From: an uncultured Chloroflexia bacterium
Lineage (GTDB): Bacteria > Chloroflexota > Anaerolineae > CG2-30-64-16
NCBI GenBank assembly: GCA_963774265.1
Contig: CAVZDU010000008.1
Location: 64,001 to 128,000, forward strand
DNA length: 64,000 nucleotides
Reading direction: 5' to 3'
A program made the position numbers and the translations under genes. Of this stretch, positions 44,160-54,368 are shown piece after piece (within the stretch, counting starts at the first letter, position 1; each line of letters begins with the position of its first letter). Under the pieces are notes generated by a model. That model saw nothing but the letters and a program-made list of their open reading frames with translations. It ran no database searches and was not told the origin of the DNA.

Positions 44160-44196
44160 GCCCGTGCCGCTGCAGGTTCCCCGCCGCGGCACGGGC
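44160..44196 (+). repeat. GC-rich hairpin after the binding-protein gene
   Basis: gcccgtgccgc ... gcggcacgggc. Confidence 0.6.
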
Positions 44197-44291
44197 GCTG
44201 TTCCTGACCAGGACCTGGAGCTATGTGATCACCCCTCTCTAAGCGCCCTGCCTGGCCCTTGCGACATAAAGGGCGGAAAGGAGGCTCCGAC

Positions 44292-45173
44292 ATGCGTCAG
44301 CTAACACGCTTCCTGGGGCGGCATCCGGGGTGGCTGTTCCCCTTACCGGCCGTGCTTGCCCTCTTCCTCCTGATGATCTTCCCCGTCGTCTACACCGTCT
44401 GGATGAGCTTGCATGAGTGGTTCGTCTCCAGCATCACGCCCCCGAAGTTCGTCGGGCTGGCGAACTACGTGCAGATCATCGCCAGGGACACGCGCTTCCA
44501 CCAGTCGCTGCTGCGCACGATCTACTTCACCGGCCTGGCCGTCGTGGTGCAGACCGTCCTGGGCGTCGGTGTCGCACTGATCTTCAACCGTGAGTTCCTG
44601 GGCAAGGGACTCGTGCGCACGCTGTTCCTCTTCCCCATGGTCGCCACACCGGTGGCCATTGCCCTGGTCTGGATGATGATGTTCAACCCGACCCTGGGTA
44701 TCCTGAATTACTTCCTGAAGGTCCTGGGCCTTCCGCCTGGGCTGTGGATCGCGAACGCGCGCACGGTCATCCCTGCCCTTGTGCTGGTGGATACCTGGCA
44801 GTGGACTCCCTTCATCACCCTGATTGCTTTGGCAGGACTATCCGCGCTGCCCCAAGAGCCGTTCGAAGCAGCGCTCATCGACGGCGCTTCAGGCTGGCAG
44901 ACCTTCTGGAACGTGACCCTGCCCCTATTACGGCCCACGATCATGGTTGCCGTGTTGTTCCGCACCATCGATGCCCTCAAGACCTTCGACATCATCTATG
45001 TGATGACCCAGGGCGGCCCGGGGAACGCCAGCGAGACCCTGAACATCTACATCTTTCAGATGGGCTTCTCCTACTTCCACATGGGGTCTGCCTCATCGCT
45101 GCTGGTGATCCTGTTCGCCATCGTGATGTTCATCAGCATTCTGTTGACACGCATGAGGAGGGCGCCGCTATGA
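44292..45173 (+). CDS. Carbohydrate ABC transporter permease (MalF-like)
   Basis: FVGLANY, WQWTPF, EAALIDGA. Confidence 0.95.
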   Translation: MRQLTRFLGRHPGWLFPLPAVLALFLLMIFPVVYTVWMSLHEWFVSSITPPKFVGLANYVQIIARDTRFHQSLLRTIYFTGLAVVVQTVLGVGVALIFNREFLGKGLVRTLFLFPMVATPVAIALVWMMMFNPTLGILNYFLKVLGLPPGLWIANARTVIPALVLVDTWQWTPFITLIALAGLSALPQEPFEAALIDGASGWQTFWNVTLPLLRPTIMVAVLFRTIDALKTFDIIYVMTQGGPGNASETLNIYIFQMGFSYFHMGSASSLLVILFAIVMFISILLTRMRRAPL

Positions 45174-45997
45174 ACACTCGTGCCTGGCAAAAGGCGCTCA
45201 AGAAGATCGCCTTCTACCTGGTCCTCTTGATCATCCTGGTGCCGTTCCTGTTCGTGTTCTACTGGATGTTCCTGTCATCGTTCAAGACCCAGGTGCAGAA
45301 TACCGCCATGCCCCCGATTTGGAGCGTGTTGCCTAACCTGAGCAACTACCGCAACGTCTTCGTGACGAATCCCTTCGCACAGTACACGCTGAACAGCCTG
45401 ATCATCGCCACCGGCGCCACGGTGTTGGGCCTGATCCTGGGCCTGCCCGCGGCCTACAGCATCGCGCGCTACAAGCAAGAGGGGCTGGGCCTGGCCATCC
45501 TGACCGCGCGCATCACGCCCGGCATCAGCTTCCTGATCCCCTGGTTCATCCTGTTCACGCGCATGAAGCTGGTGGACACCTATGTGGCCATGATCCTGAC
45601 GCACCTGATCATCACCTTGCCGCTGATTGTGTGGATGCTGGTGGGCTTCTTCGAGGACCTGCCTGAGGAGTTGGGCGACGCGGCCATGGTCGACGGCACG
45701 ACGCAGTTCGGGACATTCTGGCTGATCGCGCTGCCGCTGGTGCGCCCCGGCGTCGCCGCCGCGGCTATCCTGGCATTCATCTTCTCATGGAATAACTTCA
45801 TGTTCAGCCTGGTGATCGCCTCCTACCGCACCAAGCCACTGCCGGTGGCGGTCTTCAACTTCATGAGCTATACGGAGATCAACTGGGGCGGCCTGACAGC
45901 CGCCGCCTCCATCATCACCCTGCCCGTCATGCTGCTGATCCTGCTGGTGCAGCGCAATATCGTGCGCGGGCTGGTTGTCGGCGCGGTTAAGGGTTAG
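45170..45997 (+). CDS. Carbohydrate ABC transporter permease (MalG-like)
   Basis: NSLIIA, DAAMVDG, FSWNNF. Confidence 0.95.
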   Translation: MNTRAWQKALKKIAFYLVLLIILVPFLFVFYWMFLSSFKTQVQNTAMPPIWSVLPNLSNYRNVFVTNPFAQYTLNSLIIATGATVLGLILGLPAAYSIARYKQEGLGLAILTARITPGISFLIPWFILFTRMKLVDTYVAMILTHLIITLPLIVWMLVGFFEDLPEELGDAAMVDGTTQFGTFWLIALPLVRPGVAAAAILAFIFSWNNFMFSLVIASYRTKPLPVAVFNFMSYTEINWGGLTAAASIITLPVMLLILLVQRNIVRGLVVGAVKG

Positions 45998-46019
45998 CTC
46001 CCGCGTTTGTCGTGCAGCA

Positions 46020-46047
46020 GTGCCGGTCACAGCGCTGTGACCGGCAC
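46020..46047. repeat. Perfect 28-bp palindrome between the permease and the dehydrogenase
   Basis: gtgccggtcacagcgctgtgaccggcac followed by attttctt. Confidence 0.8.
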
Positions 46048-46071
46048 ATTTTCTTCCCGGAAGGAATAGCG

Positions 46072-47109
46072 ATGAAAGCCCTGGTCCTGGAAGCGTACAA
46101 CAAGCTGGTGTACAAGGACATGCCCGACCCGGTGATCGGGCCGGACGAGGTCCTGGTCGAGGTTGAGGCGTGTGGCATTTGCGGCAGCGACGTCCACGGC
46201 ATGGACGGCAGCACTGGCCGCCGCATACCGCCGCTGATCATGGGCCACGAAGCCGGCGGCGTCATACGGGACGTGGGCCCCCAGGTGCGGGGGTGGCAAC
46301 CCGGCGATCATGTCACCTTCGACTCGACCATCTACTGCGGCAAATGCTATTACTGCCGGGCAGGGCAAGTGAACCTGTGCAGCGACCGTCGCGTGTTAGG
46401 CGTCTCGCCAGGCGAGTATCGGCAGCACGGCGCATTTGCCGAGTATGTGGCGGTGCCTCAACACATCCTGTACCGCCTGCCAGACGCCGTGTCTTTCATC
46501 CAGGCCGCCATGCTGGAACCCCTTTCGGTGGCGTTCCACGCGGCCAGCTTGCCGCGCATCCGGCTTAGCGACAGTGCGGTGGTGGTCGGCGCGGGAATGA
46601 TCGGGCTGCTGGTCGTGGCGGCCCTGCGGCTCGCCGGCTGCGGGCAGATCATCGCTGTGGATCTTGACGAGGGACGTCTGACCGCGGCCAGGCAGTTCGG
46701 GGCGGACGTTGGCCTGCAGGCGGATGCACCCGATGTGCCACAGCAGGTTCAGGCGTTGACCGAGGGCCGCGGCGCGGACCTGGCCTTCGAGGTGGTGGGC
46801 GTGACGCCCGCGGTCCAGACAGCGCTGGCCAGTGTGCGCAAAGGCGGCTCTCTCACGCTGGTCGGCAACCTGGCGCCCACGGTGGAGCTTCCGCTGCAGT
46901 CCGTGGTCACGCGCCAGATCACCCTCTACGGCTCCTGCGCGTCCAGCGGGGAATACCCGGCTTGTATCGCCATGCTGGCGCGGGGCGCGGTGAACGTGGA
47001 GCCGCTGATCAGCGCAGTGGCGCCGCTGCGTGAAGCCGCAGGGTGGTTCGATAGGCTGTACCGCCGCGAGGCGGGCCTGATGAAGGTCATCGTGACGCCC
47101 AAGGGATAG
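46072..47109 (+). CDS. Zn-dependent polyol/sugar-acid dehydrogenase (GatD/L-iditol dehydrogenase-like)
   Basis: CGICGSD, MGHE, CGKCYYC..NLC, GAGMIG. Confidence 0.92.
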   Translation: MKALVLEAYNKLVYKDMPDPVIGPDEVLVEVEACGICGSDVHGMDGSTGRRIPPLIMGHEAGGVIRDVGPQVRGWQPGDHVTFDSTIYCGKCYYCRAGQVNLCSDRRVLGVSPGEYRQHGAFAEYVAVPQHILYRLPDAVSFIQAAMLEPLSVAFHAASLPRIRLSDSAVVVGAGMIGLLVVAALRLAGCGQIIAVDLDEGRLTAARQFGADVGLQADAPDVPQQVQALTEGRGADLAFEVVGVTPAVQTALASVRKGGSLTLVGNLAPTVELPLQSVVTRQITLYGSCASSGEYPACIAMLARGAVNVEPLISAVAPLREAAGWFDRLYRREAGLMKVIVTPKG

Positions 47110-47125
47110 GAAGGACCTGACACTG

Positions 47126-47926
47126 ATGAGTGAGAACTTGTTCGACCTGACCGGCAAAGTAGCGATGATCACGGGCACGAGCCGGGGCTTGGGCCAATAC
47201 ATGGGCCGCGCACTGGCGCGCGCCGGCGCCGATCTGGTGATCACCAGTCGTCACATCGACGCGCTGCAGCCTTTCAAGGAGGAGATTGGGGCATTGGGCC
47301 GCCGGGCACTGCCCGTTGAATTGGATGTGCGCGATTTCGACAGCATTCAGCGAGCGGTGACCACAGCCCACGCGCACTACGGGAAGATCGATATCCTGGT
47401 AAACAACGCGGGCTGTAACGTTCGCAAACCGGCCCTGGATGTAACCTGGGACGATTGGAACCTGGTGTTGGAGACCAACCTGCGAGGCACGTTCTTTGTT
47501 GCGCAGGCCGTGGCGCGCACCATGATTCCACGCGGCTATGGCCGAATCATCAATATCGGATCGGTGACGAGCGTATTTGGGTATGCAGGGCTGGGGCCGT
47601 ATGGGGCCAGCCGCGGCGGCACCCGGCAGTTGACGATGAGCCTGGCAGACGATTGGGGCAAACACGGAATCACCGTGAACTGCCTCGCACCCGGCTGGTT
47701 CAAGACCGCACAGAACGCGGTCATGTATGAGGATACCGACTGGGTGGCCTACCTGGTTGACCGCATCCCGATGAAACGCCCTGGACAGCCCGACGATCTG
47801 GACGGCGCGGTGGTGTTCCTTGCGTCAGATGCAAGCGCGTACATCACCGGCCAGACCCTGCTCGTCGACGGCGGCATCAGCACCGGTGCGACGCGCGCCA
47901 CGACCAGTAAGGTGAAACCGAGCTGA
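47126..47926 (+). CDS. SDR, gluconate 5-dehydrogenase/KduD-like
   Basis: FDLTGKVAMITGTSRGLG, NNAG, APGWFKT; catalytic motif reads YGASR. Confidence 0.85.
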   Translation: MSENLFDLTGKVAMITGTSRGLGQYMGRALARAGADLVITSRHIDALQPFKEEIGALGRRALPVELDVRDFDSIQRAVTTAHAHYGKIDILVNNAGCNVRKPALDVTWDDWNLVLETNLRGTFFVAQAVARTMIPRGYGRIINIGSVTSVFGYAGLGPYGASRGGTRQLTMSLADDWGKHGITVNCLAPGWFKTAQNAVMYEDTDWVAYLVDRIPMKRPGQPDDLDGAVVFLASDASAYITGQTLLVDGGISTGATRATTSKVKPS

Positions 47927-48077
47927 GACTTCGCACCGCAGCGACAAGGGCGGCCGTGTTCCTTGCGTTGGGAGGGATGGAGCTTTCCTTCCTGTGATAC
48001 AATAGGATCGTCTACTGGCCGCCCTTCAACGCACTGATCACGACAAGCCAGCCGATCAGCACGCGCAAGGAGGCGCC

Positions 48078-49479
48078 ATGCGTACTGTCTACGTCGTCTC
48101 GGGTGGCGTCAGCAAGTTCGCGAAGGCCCGCCCCGACAAGACCTTTCCAGCCAGTCGTTAAGGAAGCCTACGACTACGCCATCGCCGACCTCGGCCTGGA
48201 GCATCGCCAGTTCATGGAGCTGGTCGATGGCTCCGTAGCCTCCTACTTCTCCGACCACTTCGCCCGCCAACTCATGGCCGGCATCATGATCCAGGACTAC
48301 CTGGGATTATGTCCCGAAACCTGGCCATCGCGTCGAGGGCGGCGGCGCCACCGGCGGCATTTGCTTCCAGGAGGCCTGGAAGTCGGTGGCGTCAGGCGAC
48401 ATGGACATCTGCCTGGCCTACGGCTTCGAGACGATGAGCCACGTCAACACCTGGAAGGGCAACGAGTTCATCGCACTGGCCTCCGATGTCAGCTTCGACT
48501 ACCCCGTCGGCGGCTTCTACTCCGGCTACTACGCGATGATGGTCACCCGGCACATGAAGGAGTTCGGCACCACCGTCGAGCAACTGGCCTACGTGTCGGT
48601 GAAGAACCACCGTGAACGCATTCTACAACCCGTACAGCCAGAAACACGAGCGGCTGACCGTGGCCGACGTGCGGAACGCGCCGATGGTCGCCTGGCCTCT
48701 CACGCGGCTGGATATCTGCGTGATGTCGGACGGCGCGGCCGCCGTCGTCCTTGCCAGCGAGGAAGGACTGGCCAAACTGGAGAAAGCCGCGGGCCGGCGA
48801 CTTGATCCGCTCGTGAAAGTCGCCGGGATCGGCCGCGGCACCGACGCTATGCGCATGGCCGACCGGCCGCACCAGTCCTACGAACAATTCCTTCAGCACA
48901 ATCTGCTGCCCAGCGAAGACACCGCCGAGACCCGAGCCTACTACCGCGACCTTTGGGATCACGGCTTTCGCTATCCCGGCGTGCACTCGTTCCGCGCCGG
49001 CCGCATGGCCAGCAAGGCTGCCTACGCCCGCGCCGGCATCGCAGACCCACTGCAAGAGATCGAGCTTCGTCGAGCTACACGACGCCTACACCTCTTCCGA
49101 GATCCAGACCTACGAAGATATGGGCCTTTGCCGCTATGGCGAGGGCGGGCCGTTTGCAGCTTCGGGCAGGCCATTCCTGCCCAACGTCGACTACGGGCTG
49201 GCGTTCAGCGAGCCGGCGCAGGTGGGCGCGTGCCCGGTCAACCCGAGCGGCGGGCTCATCGCTTGTGGCCATCCTGTGGGCGCGACGGGGCTGATGCAGG
49301 GGGTCTTCGCCCTCTGGCAGCTCCAGGGCACGATCGGCAAGCACTTCAGGGACGACACGCTGCAGATCAAAGATGCCCGCCGCGGCGCTATCCACAGCCA
49401 CGCCGGCACCGGGACCTACGTGACCGTCAGCATCCTGGAGCGGGAAAGCGCACCGCATGCAAAGGAGATGGGGTCATGA
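48078..49479 (+). CDS. Thiolase-like protein lacking the nucleophilic Cys (split by indels)
   Basis: VEGGGATGG, GFETMS, SDGAAAVVL, ELHDAY, NPSGGLIACGHPVGATG. Confidence 0.85.
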
Positions 49480-50031
49480 CCGAGCCACGTTTCCCGACCA
49501 AGCTTCCCGAGACCGATGACGGGGCGATCCTGTTCAGCGTGCCATTCCCGACCGATCTCAACGCGGAGACGCTCGCCGGTCTCAAGTCTATGGCGCCGAT
49601 CATCGTCAAGCAGCCCTACGCGATCGACTACATTCACTCCTACGGGCAGGACAGCCCCTTCTTCGCCGGGCTGGCCAACGGCCGGCTGCTCGGGCGCATG
49701 GAGCCCAGCACCGGCTACACCTACGCTACCCCGCGCGGCCACGACATGTACACGGGGGCTGAGACCGACTGGGTGGACCTGACCCGGCGAGCCGGCGCGC
49801 GTCCACGCGTTCACCGTCTGCTACTTCGGCTCCGAGGAGTTCCTGCCGGAGTGCCCGTTCGTCCTGGCGCTGATCGAGTTCGACGGCGCGGACACGCTGT
49901 TCCTGGGCCGGCTGATCGGCGTCGACCCGAACGCGCCCACCCTGGATTGGATCGGCATGCGCGTCGGACTGCGCTTCCGCCGCAACAGCAAGTTCAAGCC
50001 GACCGACGTGTACTTCTACCCGCTGTCATGA
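49476..50031 (+). CDS. DUF35-type OB-fold protein (one indel)
   Basis: PFFAGLANGRLLG, VHAFTV, PFVLALIEF, IGMRV; ATGA overlap with the thiolase. Confidence 0.8.
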
Positions 50032-50114
50032 TCGACTTTACGACTCCGCAAGGAGGGTCGGCCGGATGACATGATGCACTCCGGCCGACGCAAGTCACCC
50101 TGGGGAGGCAAGCC

Positions 50115-51120
50115 ATGCAGATTCTGCAAGAAGGCCAGGGCCAGCTGATCGGCTGGCACGATCCGGACGAGAACCGGCAGTGGGTGCTCGAAAACAAGCC
50201 TCGCGACCTGCACGACAAGCGGACGACCGTCGCCGAGGCGGTGGCGCGCTTCGTCCACGACGGCGACTTCGTCGCTTCCGGCGGCTTCGGCCACGTGCGC
50301 GTCGGCATGGCGGCCATCTACGAGATCATCCGCCAGAGGCGCCGCGCGCCTGGTCCTGGCCGGCAAGACCGCGGTCCACGATGGCGATCTCCTGATCGCC
50401 TCCGGGTGCGTGGATCGCGTCGAGGTGGCCTACTCCTTCGGCCATGAGTTGCGCGGCCTTTCGCCCGCCTCGCGGCGCATGGTCGAGGAGGGCCACTGCC
50501 AGGTGGTCGCCGAGATGAGCAACGCTGGCTACCAGTGGCGCTTCATGGCCGCGGCGATGGGCCTGCCGTTCATCCCCTCGCGCAATCTGCTGGGCACCGA
50601 CACGCTCGAGCACAGCTCGGCGAAGGTCGTGGCCGACCCGTGGAGCGGCAAGCCGATCTGCCTGCTGCCGGCTTGCTACCCCGATGTGGCGATCATCCAC
50701 GTCACCCGTTGCGACATGCTACGGCAACGCACAGATCGACGGCACCCTGGTCGAGGACTTCGAGCTGGCCCGCGCCGCCCGACGGCTGATCCTGACGACC
50801 GAAGAGATCGTGCCGGAGGAGCAGATCCGCGACGAGCCCTGGCGCACGGTCATCCCCTTCTTCCTGGTGGACGCCGTGGTCGAGGCGCCCTACGGCAGCC
50901 ACCCATGCCAGATGCCCCGCCGCTACTACTTCGACGAGGACCACATCCGGAGTGGATGCGCCGCTCGGTGACGGCGGAAGGCGCGGAGGCGTACTTCGAG
51001 GAGTACGTGTTCGGCGTGCCGGACTTCGACGCCTACCTGGAGAAGATCGGCGGGCTGAAGAAGCTGCACCACCTCAAGACAGGTGGAGCAATTGCGCGCG
51101 TGACGGAGAGCATCCCATGA
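50115..51120 (+). CDS. Family I CoA-transferase subunit A (GctA-like), split by indels
   Basis: EAVARFVHDGD, AAAMGLPFIP..LLGTD, PDVAIIH, GNAQI, VDAVVEAPYGSHP. Confidence 0.88.
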
Positions 51121-51885
51121 CAGCCTATTCCCCCACCGAGCTGCTGGCTTGTGTCGCTGCGCGGCCTGCTGGAGGACCGCCGGTCGGTCTTCGTGGGCAC
51201 CGGGCTGCCGATGATCGCCGCGATGCTCGCGCAGCGAACCCACGCCCCTGGCCTGCTGATCATCTTCGAGGCCGGCGGCATCGGGCCGCAGATCCCGGTC
51301 CTGCCGATCTCTGTGGGCGACTCACGCACCTTCCACAAGGCGGTGGCCGCAGTCAGCATGCACGACGTGATGTCGATCTCGCAGGCCGGCTACCTGGATT
51401 ACGGCTTCCTGGGCGCGGCGCAGATCGACCCGTACGGCAACATCAACACCACCGTGATCGGCGACGCACGACCACCCCACAGGCGCGCCTGCCCGGCAGC
51501 GGCGGCGCCAACGACGTCGGCTCCTTCTGCCATCGCACCATCATCATCATGCGACAGGATCGCCGCAAGTTCGTGGAGCGACTCGATTTCCTGACCACGC
51601 CGGGCTACCTCACCGGGCCGGGCGCCAGGGAACGGGCCGGCCTGCCGGCCAACAGCGGGCCGTATCGCGTCATCACGCAGTTCGGCGTCTACGGGTTCGA
51701 ACCCGACACCTGCCGGATGCGGCTGTTGGCCATCCATCCGGAGGTAACACAGGACGAAGTGCAGGCGAATAGCTGCTTCGCCATTCCCATCGCTGAGGAG
51801 TTGGCGGTCAGCCCCGCGCCCACCGAGGCGGAGCGCCGCCTGCTGCGCGAGATCGATCCCCAGGGGATGCTGATCGGGCGTCTGA
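51117..51885 (+). CDS. Family I CoA-transferase subunit B (GctB-like), split by indels; 3' end uncertain
   Basis: FVGTGLP, LIIFEAG, GFLGAAQIDPYGNIN, RLPGSGGAND, LDFLTTPG. Confidence 0.88.
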
Positions 51886-51896
51886 TGGAGGTCAAG

Positions 51897-53019
51897 ATGG
51901 ACTTCGACCTATCAGAAGAACACCGGATGCTGGCCGGCGACTCTGCGAGAGTTCGTGGCGACGGAGGTTGCCCCCCGCGCGCGCCACGTGGACGAGACGG
52001 GCGAGTTCCCGTGGAACACGCTGAACGCGCTGGCGAAGCTGGGCATGCTGGGGCTAAACATCCCGGAGGCATACGGCGGGGGTGGCGCCGATGCCCTGAG
52101 TGCGATGATTCTAATCGAGGAGATCGGCAGGGGCTGCGGTTCCACCGCGCTCATTGTGGCGGCCCATCTTGGGCTGGCCTGCGGACCGCTGGCCGTGTTC
52201 GGCACCGAAGCCCAGAAGAAGCAGTGGCTGATCCCGATGGCGCGCGGCAAGATGCTGGGCTGCCTGGGTCTGACGGAAGCTGGAGCCGGCTCCGACCTGC
52301 GCGGCGTTCGCACTAACGCGGTACGCCAGGGCGAGGAATGGATCATCAACGGCAACAAGATGTGGCTGACCAATGGAGCCGAGGCCGGGGTCGTTCTCCT
52401 GCTGTGTCGAACCGGCGAAAGGTTCAGCCACTTCATTGTACCGACCGACCGCGCCGGGCGTCAGCTTCGGCCCGCCTGAGAAGAAGATGGGGCTGCACGG
52501 CTCGCACACCTATGCCGTAGGATTGGATGGCGTCCACGTACCGGCGGAGAACCTGCTGGGCGCCGAGGGACGCGGGCTCCAGCAGACACTACAGGTGCTC
52601 GATGGCGGCCGGATCGGCATCGCCAGCGCTGAGCCTTGGGTTGGCGGAGGCCGCCTTCGACGCTGCGCGCGCCTATGCCGGCACGCGCAAGACATTCGGC
52701 CAACCGCTCGTCGAGCACCAGGCGATCGCCTTCATGCTGGCCGACATGGCCGTCGAGATCGAAGCCGCCCGCTGGCTCGTCTATCGGGCCGCCTGGTTGC
52801 GCGACTGCGGGCGGCCCTACACCAGGGAAGCCTCGATCGCTAAGCTATTTGCCACCGAAATGGCCGAACGGGTCGCGCGAAATGCGCTGCAGGTGCACGG
52901 CGGCTATGGGTATAGCCAGCGAGTATCCGGTGGAACGCATCTACCGCGATGCCCGCCTGATGACCATCGGCGAGGGCACGAGCGAGATGCAGCGGATGAT
53001 CATCGCCCGGCTGCTGTGA
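51897..53019 (+). CDS. Acyl-CoA dehydrogenase (split by indels)
   Basis: [53 protein letters not shown]. Confidence 0.93.
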
Positions 53020-53213
53020 AGCGAACCGGGCGCTCTGATCTGTGGCAGCAAAAACGCCGGCGGATAATGCTTTCCGGATGAATCGCCTCCCGCGGGCGCG
53101 CAAGGGACCCGCGTCGAGACAGCCTCAACCTGCCCGCGCCTCAAATTCTCCACAGCAGTTCATCATCCTACACAACCGCTTTCCCTGGCTTCTTTCGCCC
53201 TTTGGACCTGCGG

Positions 53214-53222
53214 TGCTATAAT
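53214..53222 (+). promoter_or_regulatory. Extended -10 promoter element
   Basis: TGcTATAAT about 30 nt upstream of the chelatase gene. Confidence 0.55.
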
Positions 53223-53252
53223 TCGGTCGTTAATTCGTGATGGAGCATTCCT

Positions 53253-54368
53253 TTGGCAAATATTCGACCCTATCCGTTCACTGCCATTGTGGGCCAGGAT
53301 AAAATGAAACGGGCCCTCATCTTGAACGCGATCTCCTCTCAGATTGGCGGTGTTCTGATCCGCGGTGAGCGCGGCACGGCCAAGTCGACGGCGGCGCGCG
53401 CCTTGGCTGCGCTCCTACCTGAGATCGAAGTTGTGTCCAACTGCCCATTTGGCTGCGATCCCAGCGGCACCGACAGCCTGTGCGACCTGTGCCGCGACCG
53501 GTTGGCAAACGGCGAAGTCCTGACGACCGTCAAGCGCCGCACGCGTTTTGTCGACCTGCCTGTTAGTGCGACTGAAGACCGCGTCGTCGGCACACTGGAT
53601 ATCGAAAAGGCGATCCAGCAGGGAGAACGGCATTTCGAGCCCGGAGTTCTGGCCGCAGCCAACCGCGGGCTACTTTATGTCGATGAGGTCAATCTGTTGG
53701 ATGATCACGTGGTCGACCTGCTGCTCGACTCGGCGGCAATGGGCGTCAATGTGGTGGAGCGCGAGGGCATCAGCTTCAGCCACCCGGCGCGTTTCATGCT
53801 GGTCGGCACCATGAACCCCGAAGAGGGTGATCTTAGGCCGCAGCTTCTTGACCGCTTTGCCCTCTGCGTGGATATGCACGGCATATCCGATCCCCGCCAA
53901 CGCGTCGCCATCGTTGAGCGGCGTGTTGCATACGAGAGCGACCCCGACGGCTTCTACCAGGAATGGCTGCCCCACGAGGAGCACCTCTCGCAGGAGATTG
54001 CCGAGGCCCGCAGCCGGCTGCCCGGGGTCCATTACACGCAGCGTGACCTTTACACGATCGCCCAATTGACCACTTCATTCCGCGTTGACGGTCACCGCGC
54101 GGACATCGTCATCCTGAAGACAGCCCGTTCGCACGCCGCATGGCAGGGTCATATGGCCGTGGCGGAGCAAGATATCCTCCTGGCCGCGGAGCTGGCATTG
54201 CCGCATCGCCTGAAGCGCCAGCCGTTCGAAGAGGCCTCGATGGACGCAGGCCAACTCGAAGAGAGGCTGAAGAAGGCGCGCGCTGAGGCCCCGCCGGATC
54301 AAAAAACACCCTCCAAGAGCGACTCGGGCGAGACGGCGCCCAGTGTAAAAAAAGCACTGAGCCGCTAA
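53253..54368 (+). CDS. Mg/Co chelatase AAA+ subunit (ChlI/BchI-like; zero-frame product)
   Basis: YPFTAIVGQ, GERGTAKST, ATEDRVVG, LYVDEVNLL, MNPEEGDLRPQLLDRF. Confidence 0.93.
   Translation: MANIRPYPFTAIVGQDKMKRALILNAISSQIGGVLIRGERGTAKSTAARALAALLPEIEVVSNCPFGCDPSGTDSLCDLCRDRLANGEVLTTVKRRTRFVDLPVSATEDRVVGTLDIEKAIQQGERHFEPGVLAAANRGLLYVDEVNLLDDHVVDLLLDSAAMGVNVVEREGISFSHPARFMLVGTMNPEEGDLRPQLLDRFALCVDMHGISDPRQRVAIVERRVAYESDPDGFYQEWLPHEEHLSQEIAEARSRLPGVHYTQRDLYTIAQLTTSFRVDGHRADIVILKTARSHAAWQGHMAVAEQDILLAAELALPHRLKRQPFEEASMDAGQLEERLKKARAEAPPDQKTPSKSDSGETAPSVKKALSR

Noticed and set aside
51840-51940. CoA-transferase B / acyl-CoA dehydrogenase fusion
   Set aside because: The frames run together, but the dehydrogenase has its own GGAGG and ATG (51897), a TGA lies at 51883 in another frame, and the region is indel-rich
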